A stretch of 64,000 nucleotides of DNA from Sphingomonadales bacterium (GCA_040004295.1 JBDUBD010000001.1:128-64127), one strand, 5' to 3'. Counted from the stretch's first letter, positions 33,930 through 43,991 are shown. Numbers and translations: made by a program. The notes: a model not told the origin generated them from the letters alone.

Positions 33930-33943
33930 CTATATGTTCCTTC

Positions 33944-34111
33944 ATGAGCAAGCGACCTGCGCACGTCAAAGCCCCTGCCTATCTGAGCAAGAGCCCGCCC
34001 GTGCCGAAGCCCGAACCGATCGAAATCAAGCCCGAACATGGCGGCCGCCCGGGGCTGGAGCCGACCCGTTATGGCGACTGGGAGCACAAGGGCATCGCCT
34101 GGGATTTTTGA
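33944..34111 (+). CDS. DUF1674 / SDH assembly factor 4-like small protein (55 aa)
   Basis: Hand translation ends GGRPGLEPTRYGDWEHKGIAWDF; shorter than any ORF in the track. Confidence 0.88.
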   Translation: MSKRPAHVKAPAYLSKSPPVPKPEPIEIKPEHGGRPGLEPTRYGDWEHKGIAWDF

Positions 34112-34135
34112 CGGCAAGAGAGAGGTTTTACTCTT

Positions 34136-34224
34136 CCGTTCGCCCTGAGCTTGTCGAAGGGTTGCCCTTCTTTCGGGCGCTGTAAAGGGAAAGGACAGGG
34201 CTTCGACAAGCTCAGCCTGAACGG
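34136..34224. repeat. REP-like inverted doublet, family 2, copy 1
   Basis: CCGTTCGCCCTGAGCTTGTCGAAGGG ... GGGCTTCGACAAGCTCAGCCTGAACGG between convergent DUF1674 and gpsA. Confidence 0.85.
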
Positions 34225-34249
34225 TAAGTGGTATGGCGGTGTTCCTCAA

Positions 34250-35230
34250 TTAGGCCACTTCGTCACGCAACGGGCGCGACAGCAGCGCTGCGACCACCGA
34301 CCGCGCATCGCGCCCCTCGTCGACCAGCGCATGCACCGCCTCTACCACCGGCATATCCACGCCCAGCCGCTTCGCCTCGCGGGCCAGTACGCCAGCGGTG
34401 AACGCGCCCTCGGCAACAGTATTGCCTGCGCCGAGCAGCGTTTCGGCCCGCTCTCCCTCGCCCAGCGCCTTGCCGAACGAGAAATTGCGCGACTGGGTTG
34501 AGGAACAGGTCAGCACCAGATCACCAAGACCCGACAGGCCGACCATCGTCTGGGCCTTGCCGCCGCGCGCAATGCCGAAACGGGTCATTTCGGCAAACCC
34601 GCGCGCGATCAGCGCCGCCCGTGCATTCTCCCCCAGATCGAGGCCCGACACGACGCCGCAGGCGATGGCGATCACGTTCTTCACCGCGCCGCCGATCTCC
34701 GCGCCGATCACGTCGTCGCTGGCATAGGGCCGGAATTCGGGCCGCGCGAGCCGCTGCGCCAGCGCGCGGCCGAGCGACGCGTCCTCCGCCGCCAGCGTCA
34801 CCGCCGCCGGACGACGTTCGGCAACCTCACGCGCGAAACAGGGGCCGGAAAGTACGGCGACCGGTGCGGTCGGGTGCGTTTCGGCGGCGACCTCCGACAT
34901 AAGCCGTCCAGTCGTGGCCTCGATCCCCTTGGCGCACATCACCAGCGGGCGTGTGCCGACGTTGGTTTCGGCGAGGACGCCCGCGACATATTGCGCAGGC
35001 ACGACGACCAGCAGAGCGTCGCAGGCATCGAGTGTCGACAGGTCCGACGTCGCGGTGATCGACGGGGACAGCGCGACGCCGGACAGAAAGCTGCGGTTTT
35101 CATGCTCGCCGTTGATGCAGCGCACGACATCGCTTTCGCGCGCCCAGAGCATCACCGGGTTGCCGTCTGCCGCAGCCAGTTGCGCGAGAGCGGTTCCCCA
35201 TGCGCCGCCACCGAGAACGCCTATTCTCAT
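34250..35230 (-). CDS. gpsA: NAD(P)H-dependent glycerol-3-phosphate dehydrogenase
   Basis: [42 protein letters not shown]. Confidence 0.96.
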   Translation of the reverse strand: MRIGVLGGGAWGTALAQLAAADGNPVMLWARESDVVRCINGEHENRSFLSGVALSPSITATSDLSTLDACDALLVVVPAQYVAGVLAETNVGTRPLVMCAKGIEATTGRLMSEVAAETHPTAPVAVLSGPCFAREVAERRPAAVTLAAEDASLGRALAQRLARPEFRPYASDDVIGAEIGGAVKNVIAIACGVVSGLDLGENARAALIARGFAEMTRFGIARGGKAQTMVGLSGLGDLVLTCSSTQSRNFSFGKALGEGERAETLLGAGNTVAEGAFTAGVLAREAKRLGVDMPVVEAVHALVDEGRDARSVVAALLSRPLRDEVA

Positions 35231-36273
35231 GCCTTCACGCCTGCGCCGCGCACGGTTTCTGCATCCGGATCGAGCGGCCAGCGCGGGCGCGCGGGGAAAT
35301 CGAGTTCGTCGGTCATCCCCGCCATATAGCGCTCGGCGCCCGCCCAGGCGATCATCGCGGCGTTGTCGGTGCACAGCCACAACGGCGGCGCAACGAAACG
35401 CAGGCCATTGTCCATGGCCAGTGCGGCGAGCGCGGTGCGGATCGCCGTGTTCGCAGCAACGCCGCCCGCCACGACCAACGCGTCGACATCGGGCGAGCGT
35501 TCGATCGTGCGGCGCGTTCGGTCGATCACACAATCGACGACGGCCGCCTGGAACGACGCGGCAATGTCTTCGGGTCGATGAATGCCTGCATCGCGGGCGC
35601 GGAGAACGGCACTTTTCAGCCCGGCAAACGAGAAATGCGGTTCGGGCGAATTGTACAGCGGCCGGGGCAGCGGAACGGCTTTGGCATTGCCGTTTGCTGC
35701 GGCCCTCTCGACGGCGGGACCGCCGGGAAAGCCCAGACCGAGCAGCTTCGCCGTCTTGTCGAACGCCTCGCCCGCCGCGTCGTCGATCGTCGTCGCCAAC
35801 CGCCGGTAACGATCGACGCCCTCAACGCGCAGCAACTGGCAGTGGCCGCCCGACACCAGCAGCAACAGATAGGGAAAGTCGAGGTCGGGATCGGTCAGGC
35901 GCGGCGACAGCGCGTGCCCCTCCAGATGGTTCACCGCGACCAGCGGCTTGCCCGCAGCATGCGCCAGCGCCTTGGCCGTGACCAGCCCGACCATGACGCC
36001 GCCGATCAGCCCCGGCCCTGCCGTCGCGGCGATGGCATCGACATCGGACAGCGCGATACCGGCCTCCGCCAGAGCCGCCTCGACCAGCGGCATTACCGCT
36101 TCGACGTGCGCGCGCGCCGCGATTTCGGGCACGACCCCGCCATAGGGCGCATGCTCGCGCTCCTGCCCTGCCAGCCGGTGTGCCAATATCTGCCGGTCGC
36201 CCGTCACCAGCGCGGCGGCGGTCTCGTCACAGCTCGATTCGATGCCGAGGATAAGCGGAAAGTTGCGCGCCAC
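35227..36273 (-). CDS. tsaD: tRNA N6-adenosine threonylcarbamoyltransferase
   Basis: [47 protein letters not shown]. Confidence 0.98.
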   Translation of the reverse strand: MARNFPLILGIESSCDETAAALVTGDRQILAHRLAGQEREHAPYGGVVPEIAARAHVEAVMPLVEAALAEAGIALSDVDAIAATAGPGLIGGVMVGLVTAKALAHAAGKPLVAVNHLEGHALSPRLTDPDLDFPYLLLLVSGGHCQLLRVEGVDRYRRLATTIDDAAGEAFDKTAKLLGLGFPGGPAVERAAANGNAKAVPLPRPLYNSPEPHFSFAGLKSAVLRARDAGIHRPEDIAASFQAAVVDCVIDRTRRTIERSPDVDALVVAGGVAANTAIRTALAALAMDNGLRFVAPPLWLCTDNAAMIAWAGAERYMAGMTDELDFPARPRWPLDPDAETVRGAGVKA

Positions 36274-36300
36274 GCCGATTGCGCTAGCACGCCGGATACC

Positions 36301-37215
36301 ATGGCTGCCAGTTCTCCGATCATCCGCCTCGGCACGCGCGGATCACCGCTCGCGCTGGTGCAGGCCAATCTTACAAAATCGGCGCTGCTCGCCGCGCACG
36401 GCTGGGCCGATGAAGCGGTCGAAATCGTGATGATCACGACGGACGGCGACCGCATCCAGGATCGCCCGCTTGCCGAAATCGGCGGTAAGGCCCTGTGGAC
36501 CAAGACACTCGACCGGGCGCTCATGGAAAATCGCACCGACGCCAGCGTTCATTCGATGAAGGATGTCGAGACGATCCGGCCCGGGGGGATTGCACTGGTC
36601 GCTATGCTCGAACGCGCCGATGTCCGCGACCGGCTGATCGGCGCGGACAGCATCGACCGGCTGCCGCAGGACGCGATTGTCGGAACCGCGAGTCCGCGTC
36701 GTGCAGCGCAACTGCTGCGGCTGCGACCCGACCTGAAGATCGTGTCGTTCCGTGGCAACGTCGCGACGCGACTCAAGCGCGTCGAAAATGGCGAGGCGGA
36801 TGCGACGCTGCTGGCGGCGGCGGGACTTGACCGACTCGGGCACCCAACACTCGGTGCCGCTATCCCGGTCGAAACGATGTTGCCCGCCGTGGCACAAGGC
36901 GCCGTCGGTATCGAATGCCGCGCCGAGGATACGAAAACGCGAGTATTGCTGGCGGCGATCGACCACGTCCCAACGCACAGGTGCGTCGGTGCCGAACGCG
37001 CGTTCCTCGCGGCGCTCGGCGGCAGTTGCCACTCGCCTGTCGGGGTGCTGGCGGAAATCGACGGCGACGCCGTTTACCTCCGCGCCGAAATCCTGACCGA
37101 GGACGGACGCTTGTACCGCGCCGACGAAACGCACGGGAGCCCGGATGCTCTCGCCCGCCAATTGCTTGCCGATGCGCCATCCGAACTGGCGTCCCTGTTT
37201 TCATGCGCGTCCTGA
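36301..37215 (+). CDS. hemC: Hydroxymethylbilane synthase
   Basis: [41 protein letters not shown]. Confidence 0.97.
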   Translation: MAASSPIIRLGTRGSPLALVQANLTKSALLAAHGWADEAVEIVMITTDGDRIQDRPLAEIGGKALWTKTLDRALMENRTDASVHSMKDVETIRPGGIALVAMLERADVRDRLIGADSIDRLPQDAIVGTASPRRAAQLLRLRPDLKIVSFRGNVATRLKRVENGEADATLLAAAGLDRLGHPTLGAAIPVETMLPAVAQGAVGIECRAEDTKTRVLLAAIDHVPTHRCVGAERAFLAALGGSCHSPVGVLAEIDGDAVYLRAEILTEDGRLYRADETHGSPDALARQLLADAPSELASLFSCAS

Positions 37216-37868
37216 TCATCCGCCCAGAACCGGGCAACAGCGCGACGGCGGCAGCGGTGCGGGCGATGGGGCATGAGCCGGTATGCGTGCCGTTGTTCGA
37301 GGTCGTTCCGGTGGCTTGGGATGCGCCCGATCCCGCCAAATTCGACGCCATCGCGATGACGAGTGCCAATGCCGCGCGCCATGGCGGCGCTACGCTCGAC
37401 CAATACCGGCATTTGCCCGTCTTTGCGGTGGGTGAGGCCACGGCCGCAACCGCGCGGGATGCGGGTTTCGCGACGATATCTATGGCGACTGGCGATGCGG
37501 CGGCGCTGGGAAAGACTCTGTCGGGCCGTGTCCTGCATCTCGCCGGTACGGACTTCCGGCGGATATCGACCGACGCGTATGTGACCGTCCGCTCCGTCTA
37601 TGCGGCCACGCCGCTCGACCCCGTCCGACCGCTCGACGCCGACATCGCCCTGGTCCACTCCGCGCGCGCGGGGGAGCGGCTGGCCTTGCTGGCTCTAAAG
37701 CGCAAGTCATTGAAAATTATAGCAATCAGTGCAAGCGCTGCCCAGGCATGCGGCGATGGCTGGCGTCAACTTGATATACCCTTTGCCCCCCACCACGACG
37801 CAATGCTGGAATGTCTCGCCCGCCTGTGCGAAGCGGGCCGCCCGTCGCCCGCGAGTCCTGTCGTATGA
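37203..37868 (+). CDS. hemD: Uroporphyrinogen-III synthase
   Basis: [25 protein letters not shown]; follows hemC. Confidence 0.9.
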   Translation: MRVLIIRPEPGNSATAAAVRAMGHEPVCVPLFEVVPVAWDAPDPAKFDAIAMTSANAARHGGATLDQYRHLPVFAVGEATAATARDAGFATISMATGDAAALGKTLSGRVLHLAGTDFRRISTDAYVTVRSVYAATPLDPVRPLDADIALVHSARAGERLALLALKRKSLKIIAISASAAQACGDGWRQLDIPFAPHHDAMLECLARLCEAGRPSPASPVV

Positions 37869-38716
37869 CCACAGACCCCTATTCGATGATCGAAGAACGC
37901 CGCCCGCGCCCGTTGCGCAACGCGCTCGTGATCGCGCTTGTCGCCTTTGTGCTGGGCGTGGCGCTCGTCACCTGGGCGTTCACCCGCTGGGAACCCGCGC
38001 GCCGGATGATTCTGCCTGCTGCGACGACCCAGGCAACGACAGTGCAGGGTGTCGTTGCGCAGCCGATGACCACCACGCCATTGCCAATCGCCACGGCGGG
38101 TGACGTGTCGAGCGAAGTGGCGATCACGGAATCGCGCGTTGCGGGGCTGGAGGCGCGCCTTGCACAGATCGACACACGCGCCGATGCCGCATCGGCCAAT
38201 GCCGCGCGGGCAGAGGGATTGCTCATCGCCTTTGCTGCGCGCCGTGCGGTCGAGCGCGGAGGTTCGCTGGGCTATCTCGAAGTACAACTTCGCACACGTT
38301 TTGCCGATACCCAGCCACGCGCCGTTGCCGCGATTATCACTGCCACCCAGTCCCCCGTGACGCTCAATGGTTTGCGCCAGCAACTCGACCGCCTCGAGCC
38401 GCAGCTGGTCGGTGATCCCGCTGGCGAACGTTGGGACGCCGCAATTACCCGCGCGATCGGCAGCCTGTTCGTCGTCCGCAAGGCCGACGCACCATCGCCC
38501 GCCGCCGACCAGCGCTTCGAACGCGCGCGGGTCTCGCTCGACGGCGGACAGGTTGATGCGGCGCTGACCGAAGTCGCCCGTCTTCCCGGTCGTGCTGCCG
38601 CAACCGACTGGATGGCCGCCGCGCGCCGCTACATCGAGGCGCAGCGCGCGCTCGACATTCTCGAAGCCGCCGCACTGACGGCGGCCCCCTTAACGATAGC
38701 AGGACCAGTTCAATGA
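37865..38716 (+). CDS. Inner-membrane coiled-coil protein (HemX/mitofilin-like)
   Basis: Single N-terminal TM, helical Ala-rich body, AATDWMAAARRY C-terminal motif; after hemCD. Confidence 0.65.
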   Translation: MTTDPYSMIEERRPRPLRNALVIALVAFVLGVALVTWAFTRWEPARRMILPAATTQATTVQGVVAQPMTTTPLPIATAGDVSSEVAITESRVAGLEARLAQIDTRADAASANAARAEGLLIAFAARRAVERGGSLGYLEVQLRTRFADTQPRAVAAIITATQSPVTLNGLRQQLDRLEPQLVGDPAGERWDAAITRAIGSLFVVRKADAPSPAADQRFERARVSLDGGQVDAALTEVARLPGRAAATDWMAAARRYIEAQRALDILEAAALTAAPLTIAGPVQ

Positions 38717-39420
38717 CGATCGAAGCCGAATGGTGGGACTATGACGACGCCGACGAAATGGCAGAGGCCGTTGCGGGCGACGTCGGTTTCATCATCGATT
38801 CCGCGCTCGACGCGCGGGGCAGCGCGCTGGTCGCGCTGCCCGGGGGAAAGACGCCGCGGGCCGCGCTGGCATTGCTCGCCGCGCAGAAGCGCAAGTGGAA
38901 GGACGTTACGATCATTCCGACCGACGACCGCATCGTCGAGGTGACGAGCGACCTGTCGAACGTCGCGGTGCTAGCGAAACAGTTTCTGCCGCTCGGCGCG
39001 CGCGTGGTGCCGCTGACAGGCGCGACTGCCGCCGATTACAAGATGAGCGGCAAGGCCGCCGATGCGCGGTTGCAGGATCTGCCGTGGCCGCTCGATCTGG
39101 TGTGGCTGGGCATGGGTGCTGATGGCCATACCGCGTCGATCTTTGCCGGACCCGACCTCGACGAGGCGCTGAATGGCCCAAAGGAACGCCGTGCACTGGG
39201 CGTCATGCCCGACCCGCTGCCCGCCGACGCGCCGGTTGCACGCGTTACTTTGTCGAAGGCGGCGATCCTGTCGGCACGGTCGCTCACGATCGCGCTGACC
39301 GGACAGGACAAGCGCGATGTGCTCGAACGCGCGATCGAGGATGGTGCGCTGTCGTCGGTGCCGATCGGGCGGGTGCTTGCGGACAGCGACCTGGCCGTGG
39401 ATATTCACTGGGCGGCTTAG
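38713..39420 (+). CDS. pgl: 6-phosphogluconolactonase
   Basis: ALPGGKTP, PTDDRIV, LGMGADGHTASIF. Confidence 0.93.
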   Translation: MTIEAEWWDYDDADEMAEAVAGDVGFIIDSALDARGSALVALPGGKTPRAALALLAAQKRKWKDVTIIPTDDRIVEVTSDLSNVAVLAKQFLPLGARVVPLTGATAADYKMSGKAADARLQDLPWPLDLVWLGMGADGHTASIFAGPDLDEALNGPKERRALGVMPDPLPADAPVARVTLSKAAILSARSLTIALTGQDKRDVLERAIEDGALSSVPIGRVLADSDLAVDIHWAA

Positions 39421-39432
39421 CGCTTAAGAGAC

Positions 39433-39501
39433 CCGTTCGGGCTGAGCTTGTCGAAGCCCAGTCCACATTCGGACCGCCCTTCGACAGGCTCAGGGCTGCG
39501 G
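39433..39501. repeat. REP-like inverted doublet, family 2, copy 2
   Basis: CCGTTCGGGCTGAGCTTGTCGAAGCCC ... GCCCTTCGACAGGCTCAGGGCTGCGG between convergent pgl and VOC. Confidence 0.8.
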
Positions 39502-39505
39502 TTTT

Positions 39506-40048
39506 TCAGGCCGACTCTTTGTGCAGCCAGTCCGCGTGGTGCGGCGCCTTCTTCGTCGCGTTCCACTCGTCGAGCATCAGCGGCGCGACGCGCTCCAGTT
39601 CGGCGTACTGGTCCGCCGTGCCGATGTTGCACGCAAGCTCCAGCCGGTGGCCGTTTGGATCGAAGAAATAGATCGACCGGAAGATGCCGTGGTACGTCGG
39701 CCCCAGAACCTCGATGCCCTGTGCCTCGATATGCGCCTTGGCCGCTTTCAGCGTGTCGAAGTCGGGCACTTCGAACGCCAGATGCTGGACCCATTCCGGC
39801 GTCTTTTCGTCGCGGCCCATGTCGGGCTGGTTGGGCAATTCAAAGAACGCGACGACATTGTCGCCTCCGCAATCGAGGAAGACGTGCATGTACGGGTCAT
39901 AGGCGCCGGTTGAGGGCACATAGTCTTCCGCAAACGCGTTCGTGTAGCGAAAGCCCAGCACACGCTGATACCAGTCCACCGTCTCCTTCGCGTCGCGGCA
40001 GCGGTAGGCGACGTGATGGATACGTTGCGTGGTGAACGGAACGGTCAT
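39506..40048 (-). CDS. VOC-family protein linked to hppD
   Basis: IHHVAYRC, QHLAF, YFFDPNGHRLEL; overlaps the hppD stop. Confidence 0.88.
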   Translation of the reverse strand: MTVPFTTQRIHHVAYRCRDAKETVDWYQRVLGFRYTNAFAEDYVPSTGAYDPYMHVFLDCGGDNVVAFFELPNQPDMGRDEKTPEWVQHLAFEVPDFDTLKAAKAHIEAQGIEVLGPTYHGIFRSIYFFDPNGHRLELACNIGTADQYAELERVAPLMLDEWNATKKAPHHADWLHKESA

Positions 40049-41112
40049 GCTTCTGCCTTCGCTGGAATGACCCCGCGGCGCATCTGGTCGAGTTCAAGGC
40101 TTTCGAACAATGCCTTGAAATTGCCCTCTCCGAAGCCGTCGTTGCCCTTGCGCTGGATGATCTCGAAGAAGATCGGACCGACCATATTCTCGGTGAAGAT
40201 CTGCAGCAGCAGCCCGCCCCCGGTCTCGGGCGCGCCATCTATTAGGACGCGGCGCTTGCGCATCTCCTCGACGTCGTGGCCATGGCCCGGAAGCCGCTTG
40301 TCGATCAGGTCGAAATAGGAATCATTGGTGTCCTGGAACCGGATGCCGTTCGCCCGCAGCGCATCGACTGTCTTGAAGATGTTGTCGGTTGCCAGCGCGA
40401 TGTGCTGGATACCCTCGCCCTTATATTCGCGCAGGAATTCCTCGATCTGCGAATGCTCGTCCTGGCTTTCGTTCAGCGGGATGCGGATCTTGTCGTCGGG
40501 CGCGGTCATCGCCTTCGAAAACAGACCGGTCGATTGCCCCTCGATGTCGAAATAGCGGATCTCGCGGAAGTTGAAGACGCGCTCGTAGAATCCGGCCCAG
40601 TGCGCCATGCGCCCGCGGTTCACGTTGTGGGTCAAGTGATCGAGCGTGTGCAGTCCGACGCTCTTGTCGTCCGCGACCGCGCCATCGACGGGCTCGAAGT
40701 CGATGTCGTAGATCGTTGCGGCACCGCGGCGGTCGACGAGGTACAGGTTTGATCCGCCGATCCCTTCGATAGCAGGGATATTGAGTTCCGCCGGGCCGAC
40801 GCGGCCCTCGACCGGCGCCGCGCCGCGCTCGACCGCGAGGTTCAACGCCTTTGCGGCGTCGGCAACGCGGAAAGCCATCGCATTCGCTGACGGCCCATGC
40901 GCGTCGCGAAAATCGGATACCTGGCCGACCGGCTCCATGTTCAGAATGAAATTGATGTCGCCCTGCCGATAATGACGAACGTTCTTCGACCGGTGGTTGC
41001 CGAGATGGGTGAAGCCCATCGCGCGGAACAGGTTTGCCAGCGCCTCCGGATCGGGACCGGTAAATTCGACAAATTCGAAGCCGTCGAGACCGATGGGGTT
41101 TTCTAAGGGCAT
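40045..41112 (-). CDS. hppD: 4-hydroxyphenylpyruvate dioxygenase
   Basis: GFEFVEF, DHLTHNV, GIQHIAL, LLQIFT, FFEIIQRKG..GFGEGNF. Confidence 0.97.
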   Translation of the reverse strand: MPLENPIGLDGFEFVEFTGPDPEALANLFRAMGFTHLGNHRSKNVRHYRQGDINFILNMEPVGQVSDFRDAHGPSANAMAFRVADAAKALNLAVERGAAPVEGRVGPAELNIPAIEGIGGSNLYLVDRRGAATIYDIDFEPVDGAVADDKSVGLHTLDHLTHNVNRGRMAHWAGFYERVFNFREIRYFDIEGQSTGLFSKAMTAPDDKIRIPLNESQDEHSQIEEFLREYKGEGIQHIALATDNIFKTVDALRANGIRFQDTNDSYFDLIDKRLPGHGHDVEEMRKRRVLIDGAPETGGGLLLQIFTENMVGPIFFEIIQRKGNDGFGEGNFKALFESLELDQMRRGVIPAKAEA

Positions 41113-41170
41113 GCGTTTTCTCCAGCGGATGAGGCGATTCTCTTGCGGCTAAAATGCTCTCTTGTGGAAA

Positions 41171-41188
41171 TGGTGTCAAATGATACTA
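41171..41188. promoter_or_regulatory. Candidate MarR operator in the hppD/MarR divergent spacer
   Basis: Imperfect palindrome TGGTGTCAAATGATACTA (12 of 18 positions self-complementary). Confidence 0.45.
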
Positions 41189-41197
41189 AATCGTGCC

Positions 41198-41641
41198 ATG
41201 CTCAAGCTCGACGATTTCCTGCCCTATCGCCTGTCGGTTGCCAGCAACCGCGTGAGCGAGACGATCGCGCGCGCTTACCGGGAAGCGTTCGGCCTGAGTA
41301 TCGCGGAATGGCGAACGCTAGCGGTCGCCGCCGAAAACGGGGGGCTGACCCAGCAGGAAGTCGGTCAACGCACTTGCATGGACAAGGTGACCGTCAGTCG
41401 GGCTGCGATCGCACTGACGCGGCGTGGGCTGATCGCGCGGACGCACGGTCCAAGTGACAGGCGCGAACGCGTGCTGGAGCTAACGGCGCAGGGCCAGAAT
41501 CTTTATGCCAAAGTGGTTCCGCGCGCGCGCGCTTTGGAGAAGCAAATCTTTGGCGAATTCAGCCCGGAGGAGCTTGCCCGACTCTTAGAAACGCTTCTTC
41601 GGATTGAAAGAGCATCGATCGACACAGCATGGCCAGAATGA
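41198..41641 (+). CDS. MarR-family regulator (likely controls hppD)
   Basis: LDDFLPYRLS, LSIAEWRTL, MDKVTVSRA, DRR..LELT; divergent from hppD. Confidence 0.9.
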   Translation: MLKLDDFLPYRLSVASNRVSETIARAYREAFGLSIAEWRTLAVAAENGGLTQQEVGQRTCMDKVTVSRAAIALTRRGLIARTHGPSDRRERVLELTAQGQNLYAKVVPRARALEKQIFGEFSPEELARLLETLLRIERASIDTAWPE

Positions 41642-41767
41642 TCCATTTCGGCTATTTCGGCGACGCAAGATGGACTTTGGAAGAATGTACGATAATTGAC
41701 TGATATGGATCAAATTTTGATACATCAAGCAAAATAACCACAAGATTTGCCATTGGATCGCGGATAA

Positions 41768-43474
41768 ATGGCTCAAACAGGAGATCGAATTCTTGCTCGT
41801 TCCGGCGTGAGGGCTGAGAAGGATGACGCGACTTTCCGGGGTTCAACGCTCCTTGAGGAAAAAGTCGATAGCATTCTCGCCAGCCCCGCCTTTCTCCGCG
41901 CGCCCATCCTGTCGCGCTTGTTGCGCTATCTTCTCGACCAGACCCTTGCCGGAGAAGCCGACAGTCTGAAGGCCTACACGGTCGCCGTCGAAGGGCTGGA
42001 CCGCCCAGTCGATTTCGACGCGCAGTTCGACAGCTATCCACGGGTCCAGATGGTGCGCCTGCGCAAGGCGCTCGAAACCTATTATGCCGATGACCCGTCG
42101 CAGCCCGACCCCTGTGTCTATCTTTGTGTACGGTCGTACCGTCTTCAACTGGTCGCGCGCGAAACGGTATATTCCAATACGCCGCGCATATCCCGTGTCG
42201 ACTTTCCTGCGATCCAGAGCCTCGTGACGCCGCCCGGTGCCGTCGGTGGCCGCCTGAAGAGGCGACGCACGCTGATGGTCCTTGGCATCATGCTTGCCGG
42301 GTTGTTCAGCTTCATCGTGTTCCAGGTTTACAACGGGAAGGCAACGACGCGAAATACCGTTGGCATGCCGGTCGTCGAAATCGGCTTCCGGAACGCGGCG
42401 TCAGCCCAACACGGCGACGAAGTGACAGAAATTCTGTCCGGGGCATTGACCCGGTCATGGGTTGCTCAGGTGCGCGATCGATCCATTGGCACAAGTGCCA
42501 TGGCGCAACTCCCCACCTATCGCATCATGCTGAATGAAAGCGACCGAGGGGTGGACGCCCAGCTCGTCGACGCCCGTTCGGACATGATCATATGGACCGA
42601 CTCGGTGGCCATAGACCCCAATGGCGCCTTGCGCGAAGAGCTGGCACCGATGATTGCCGAACTCGTCGGTCCCTATGGTGTTATCGCCCGCACCGAGGCG
42701 AACCAGCTCAAACCCCAATCGACCGGAAGCTTCGCGTGTATTTTGCGCTATTTTGCATTTGTGAAATCACGCGACGCTGCTGAGCGGGCGCGTGTCGCGG
42801 CGTGTCTCGAACAGCCGGTGGACGAGCCACGGCTCACCGCAACGGTTGACGCGGTTCGCTCCTTTTTCGCTTTGGAAGCGACTGCCTTGCCCGACCGCGA
42901 GAGGCAGATGGCTGTCGCAGAACAGTTCGCAAGACTGGCAACCGTTGCCGATGCCAAAGATCCCTATACCTATTATGCGAATGCGCGCCTCGCCTATCTT
43001 CGCTCCAATTGCGCGGCGGGCCTGTTCAATGCGGATCGGGCGGTAGCGGCCAATCCCTATGATGCGATGATCGTTACGGTTCTGTCCGGTCTCACGACAC
43101 CATGCTCGCGTCCCAAGGCGGCGGCGATGCTCGATCAGGCTTACCGCATTCGTAACGACAACGACGTTGCGATGCGAAGTTCACTGATTTTCGCGACCAT
43201 TGCGCAGGGCCAGGAAAAGCGCCTGGCCGAGCTCGGTTTCCTGCTCCGGCCGCCCCCGGGGCCACTATTGCCCGGTTATCTTCTGGCCGAATCGCTGACT
43301 GCTGCGTCACAAGGACGCAGCGTCGAAGCTGCAGCACTTTGGAGGGAGCTCAGGTCGCTTCGTTCTTCTCCGGGCGCTTCTGATGACGATATGCTGAAAA
43401 GGATCATCCTTTCGGATGCACTGCGGCAACAGGTGCTGGATTTGCTTCGCACACGCGGGGCGATCACGTCATAG
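41768..43474 (+). CDS. Single-pass membrane protein with an N-terminal wHTH-like domain and a periplasmic TolB-like/TPR region
   Basis: ILASPAF..LSRLLRYL..LKAYTVAVE...RVQMVRLRKALETYY cytoplasmic domain, one TM (LMVLGIMLAGLFSFIVF), C-terminal TPR-like helices. Confidence 0.7.
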   Translation: MAQTGDRILARSGVRAEKDDATFRGSTLLEEKVDSILASPAFLRAPILSRLLRYLLDQTLAGEADSLKAYTVAVEGLDRPVDFDAQFDSYPRVQMVRLRKALETYYADDPSQPDPCVYLCVRSYRLQLVARETVYSNTPRISRVDFPAIQSLVTPPGAVGGRLKRRRTLMVLGIMLAGLFSFIVFQVYNGKATTRNTVGMPVVEIGFRNAASAQHGDEVTEILSGALTRSWVAQVRDRSIGTSAMAQLPTYRIMLNESDRGVDAQLVDARSDMIIWTDSVAIDPNGALREELAPMIAELVGPYGVIARTEANQLKPQSTGSFACILRYFAFVKSRDAAERARVAACLEQPVDEPRLTATVDAVRSFFALEATALPDRERQMAVAEQFARLATVADAKDPYTYYANARLAYLRSNCAAGLFNADRAVAANPYDAMIVTVLSGLTTPCSRPKAAAMLDQAYRIRNDNDVAMRSSLIFATIAQGQEKRLAELGFLLRPPPGPLLPGYLLAESLTAASQGRSVEAAALWRELRSLRSSPGASDDDMLKRIILSDALRQQVLDLLRTRGAITS

Positions 43475-43596
43475 ATTGCGGAGCACAGAGCGCACGATCT
43501 GTGAAGCGTCACAAACGATATCGAGGGAGTGCGTCGCGGCAAAGCCGCTCTGTCGATCTTTGCCCGTGGCAAGGTCGGTCGAGCGCGTCTGGTGTT

Positions 43597-43617
43597 CAAA
43601 ATAGCGCCGCTATTTTG
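43597..43617 (-). terminator. Intrinsic terminator-like hairpin downstream of the tRNA 3' fragment
   Basis: Perfect inverted repeat CAAAATAGCG-C-CGCTATTTTG, 13 nt past the CCA end on the minus strand. Confidence 0.65.
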
Positions 43618-43630
43618 CGCCCAAACGCAC

Positions 43631-43650
43631 TGGAGCGGGCGAAGGGAATC
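43631..43650 (-). repeat. att site: duplicated 3' end of tRNA-Gly (GATTCCCTTCGCCCGCTCCA)
   Basis: The reverse complement is half a T-arm, an acceptor strand pairing with 5' GCGGGCG, discriminator U and CCA. The match stops abruptly, so this is not a full tRNA. Confidence 0.8.
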
Positions 43651-43850
43651 ATTCGCTGCAGTCGTTTCTAAAAGTTCAGGTCTGACACATTCGCCGCCTC
43701 TGCGCGCGCGCGGCGATTGGTTGTGCAGCGACAATGGGTGATGTCTGGCCACCTCGACTGATAGGGGAGCACAGTGCACAAATCGCGGGTCGCTTCGAAG
43801 TCGGGTTGATGGTCTGATTCAGTCTCTGCGAGAAAGCAGAGGGTGAACCG

Positions 43851-43991
43851 ATGATGGGCGAGCGGACGGTGGCGCAGGAGGCGCTATTCTACAGCTTCAA
43901 ACTGGAGCGGCATGTGCCGAGCGATCCTCGGCTGCGCTCGATCGCTCGGTTTGTGGACCTGTCGGATATTCCCAAAAGGATGGTGTTTTAG
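43851..43991 (+). pseudogene. IS1182-family transposase 5' remnant
   Basis: MMGERTVAQEALFYSFKLERHVPSDPRLRSIARFVDLSDI, then unrelated sequence and a stop after 46 aa. Confidence 0.75.

Noticed and set aside
33926-34249. 107-aa minus-strand ORF upstream of the RsmB-family gene
   Set aside because: A translation of the REP doublet plus the antisense of the DUF1674 gene.
43631-43710. Possible complete tRNA-Gly gene
   Set aside because: Only the last 20 nt match; no anticodon or D arm follows, so it is treated as an att scar.
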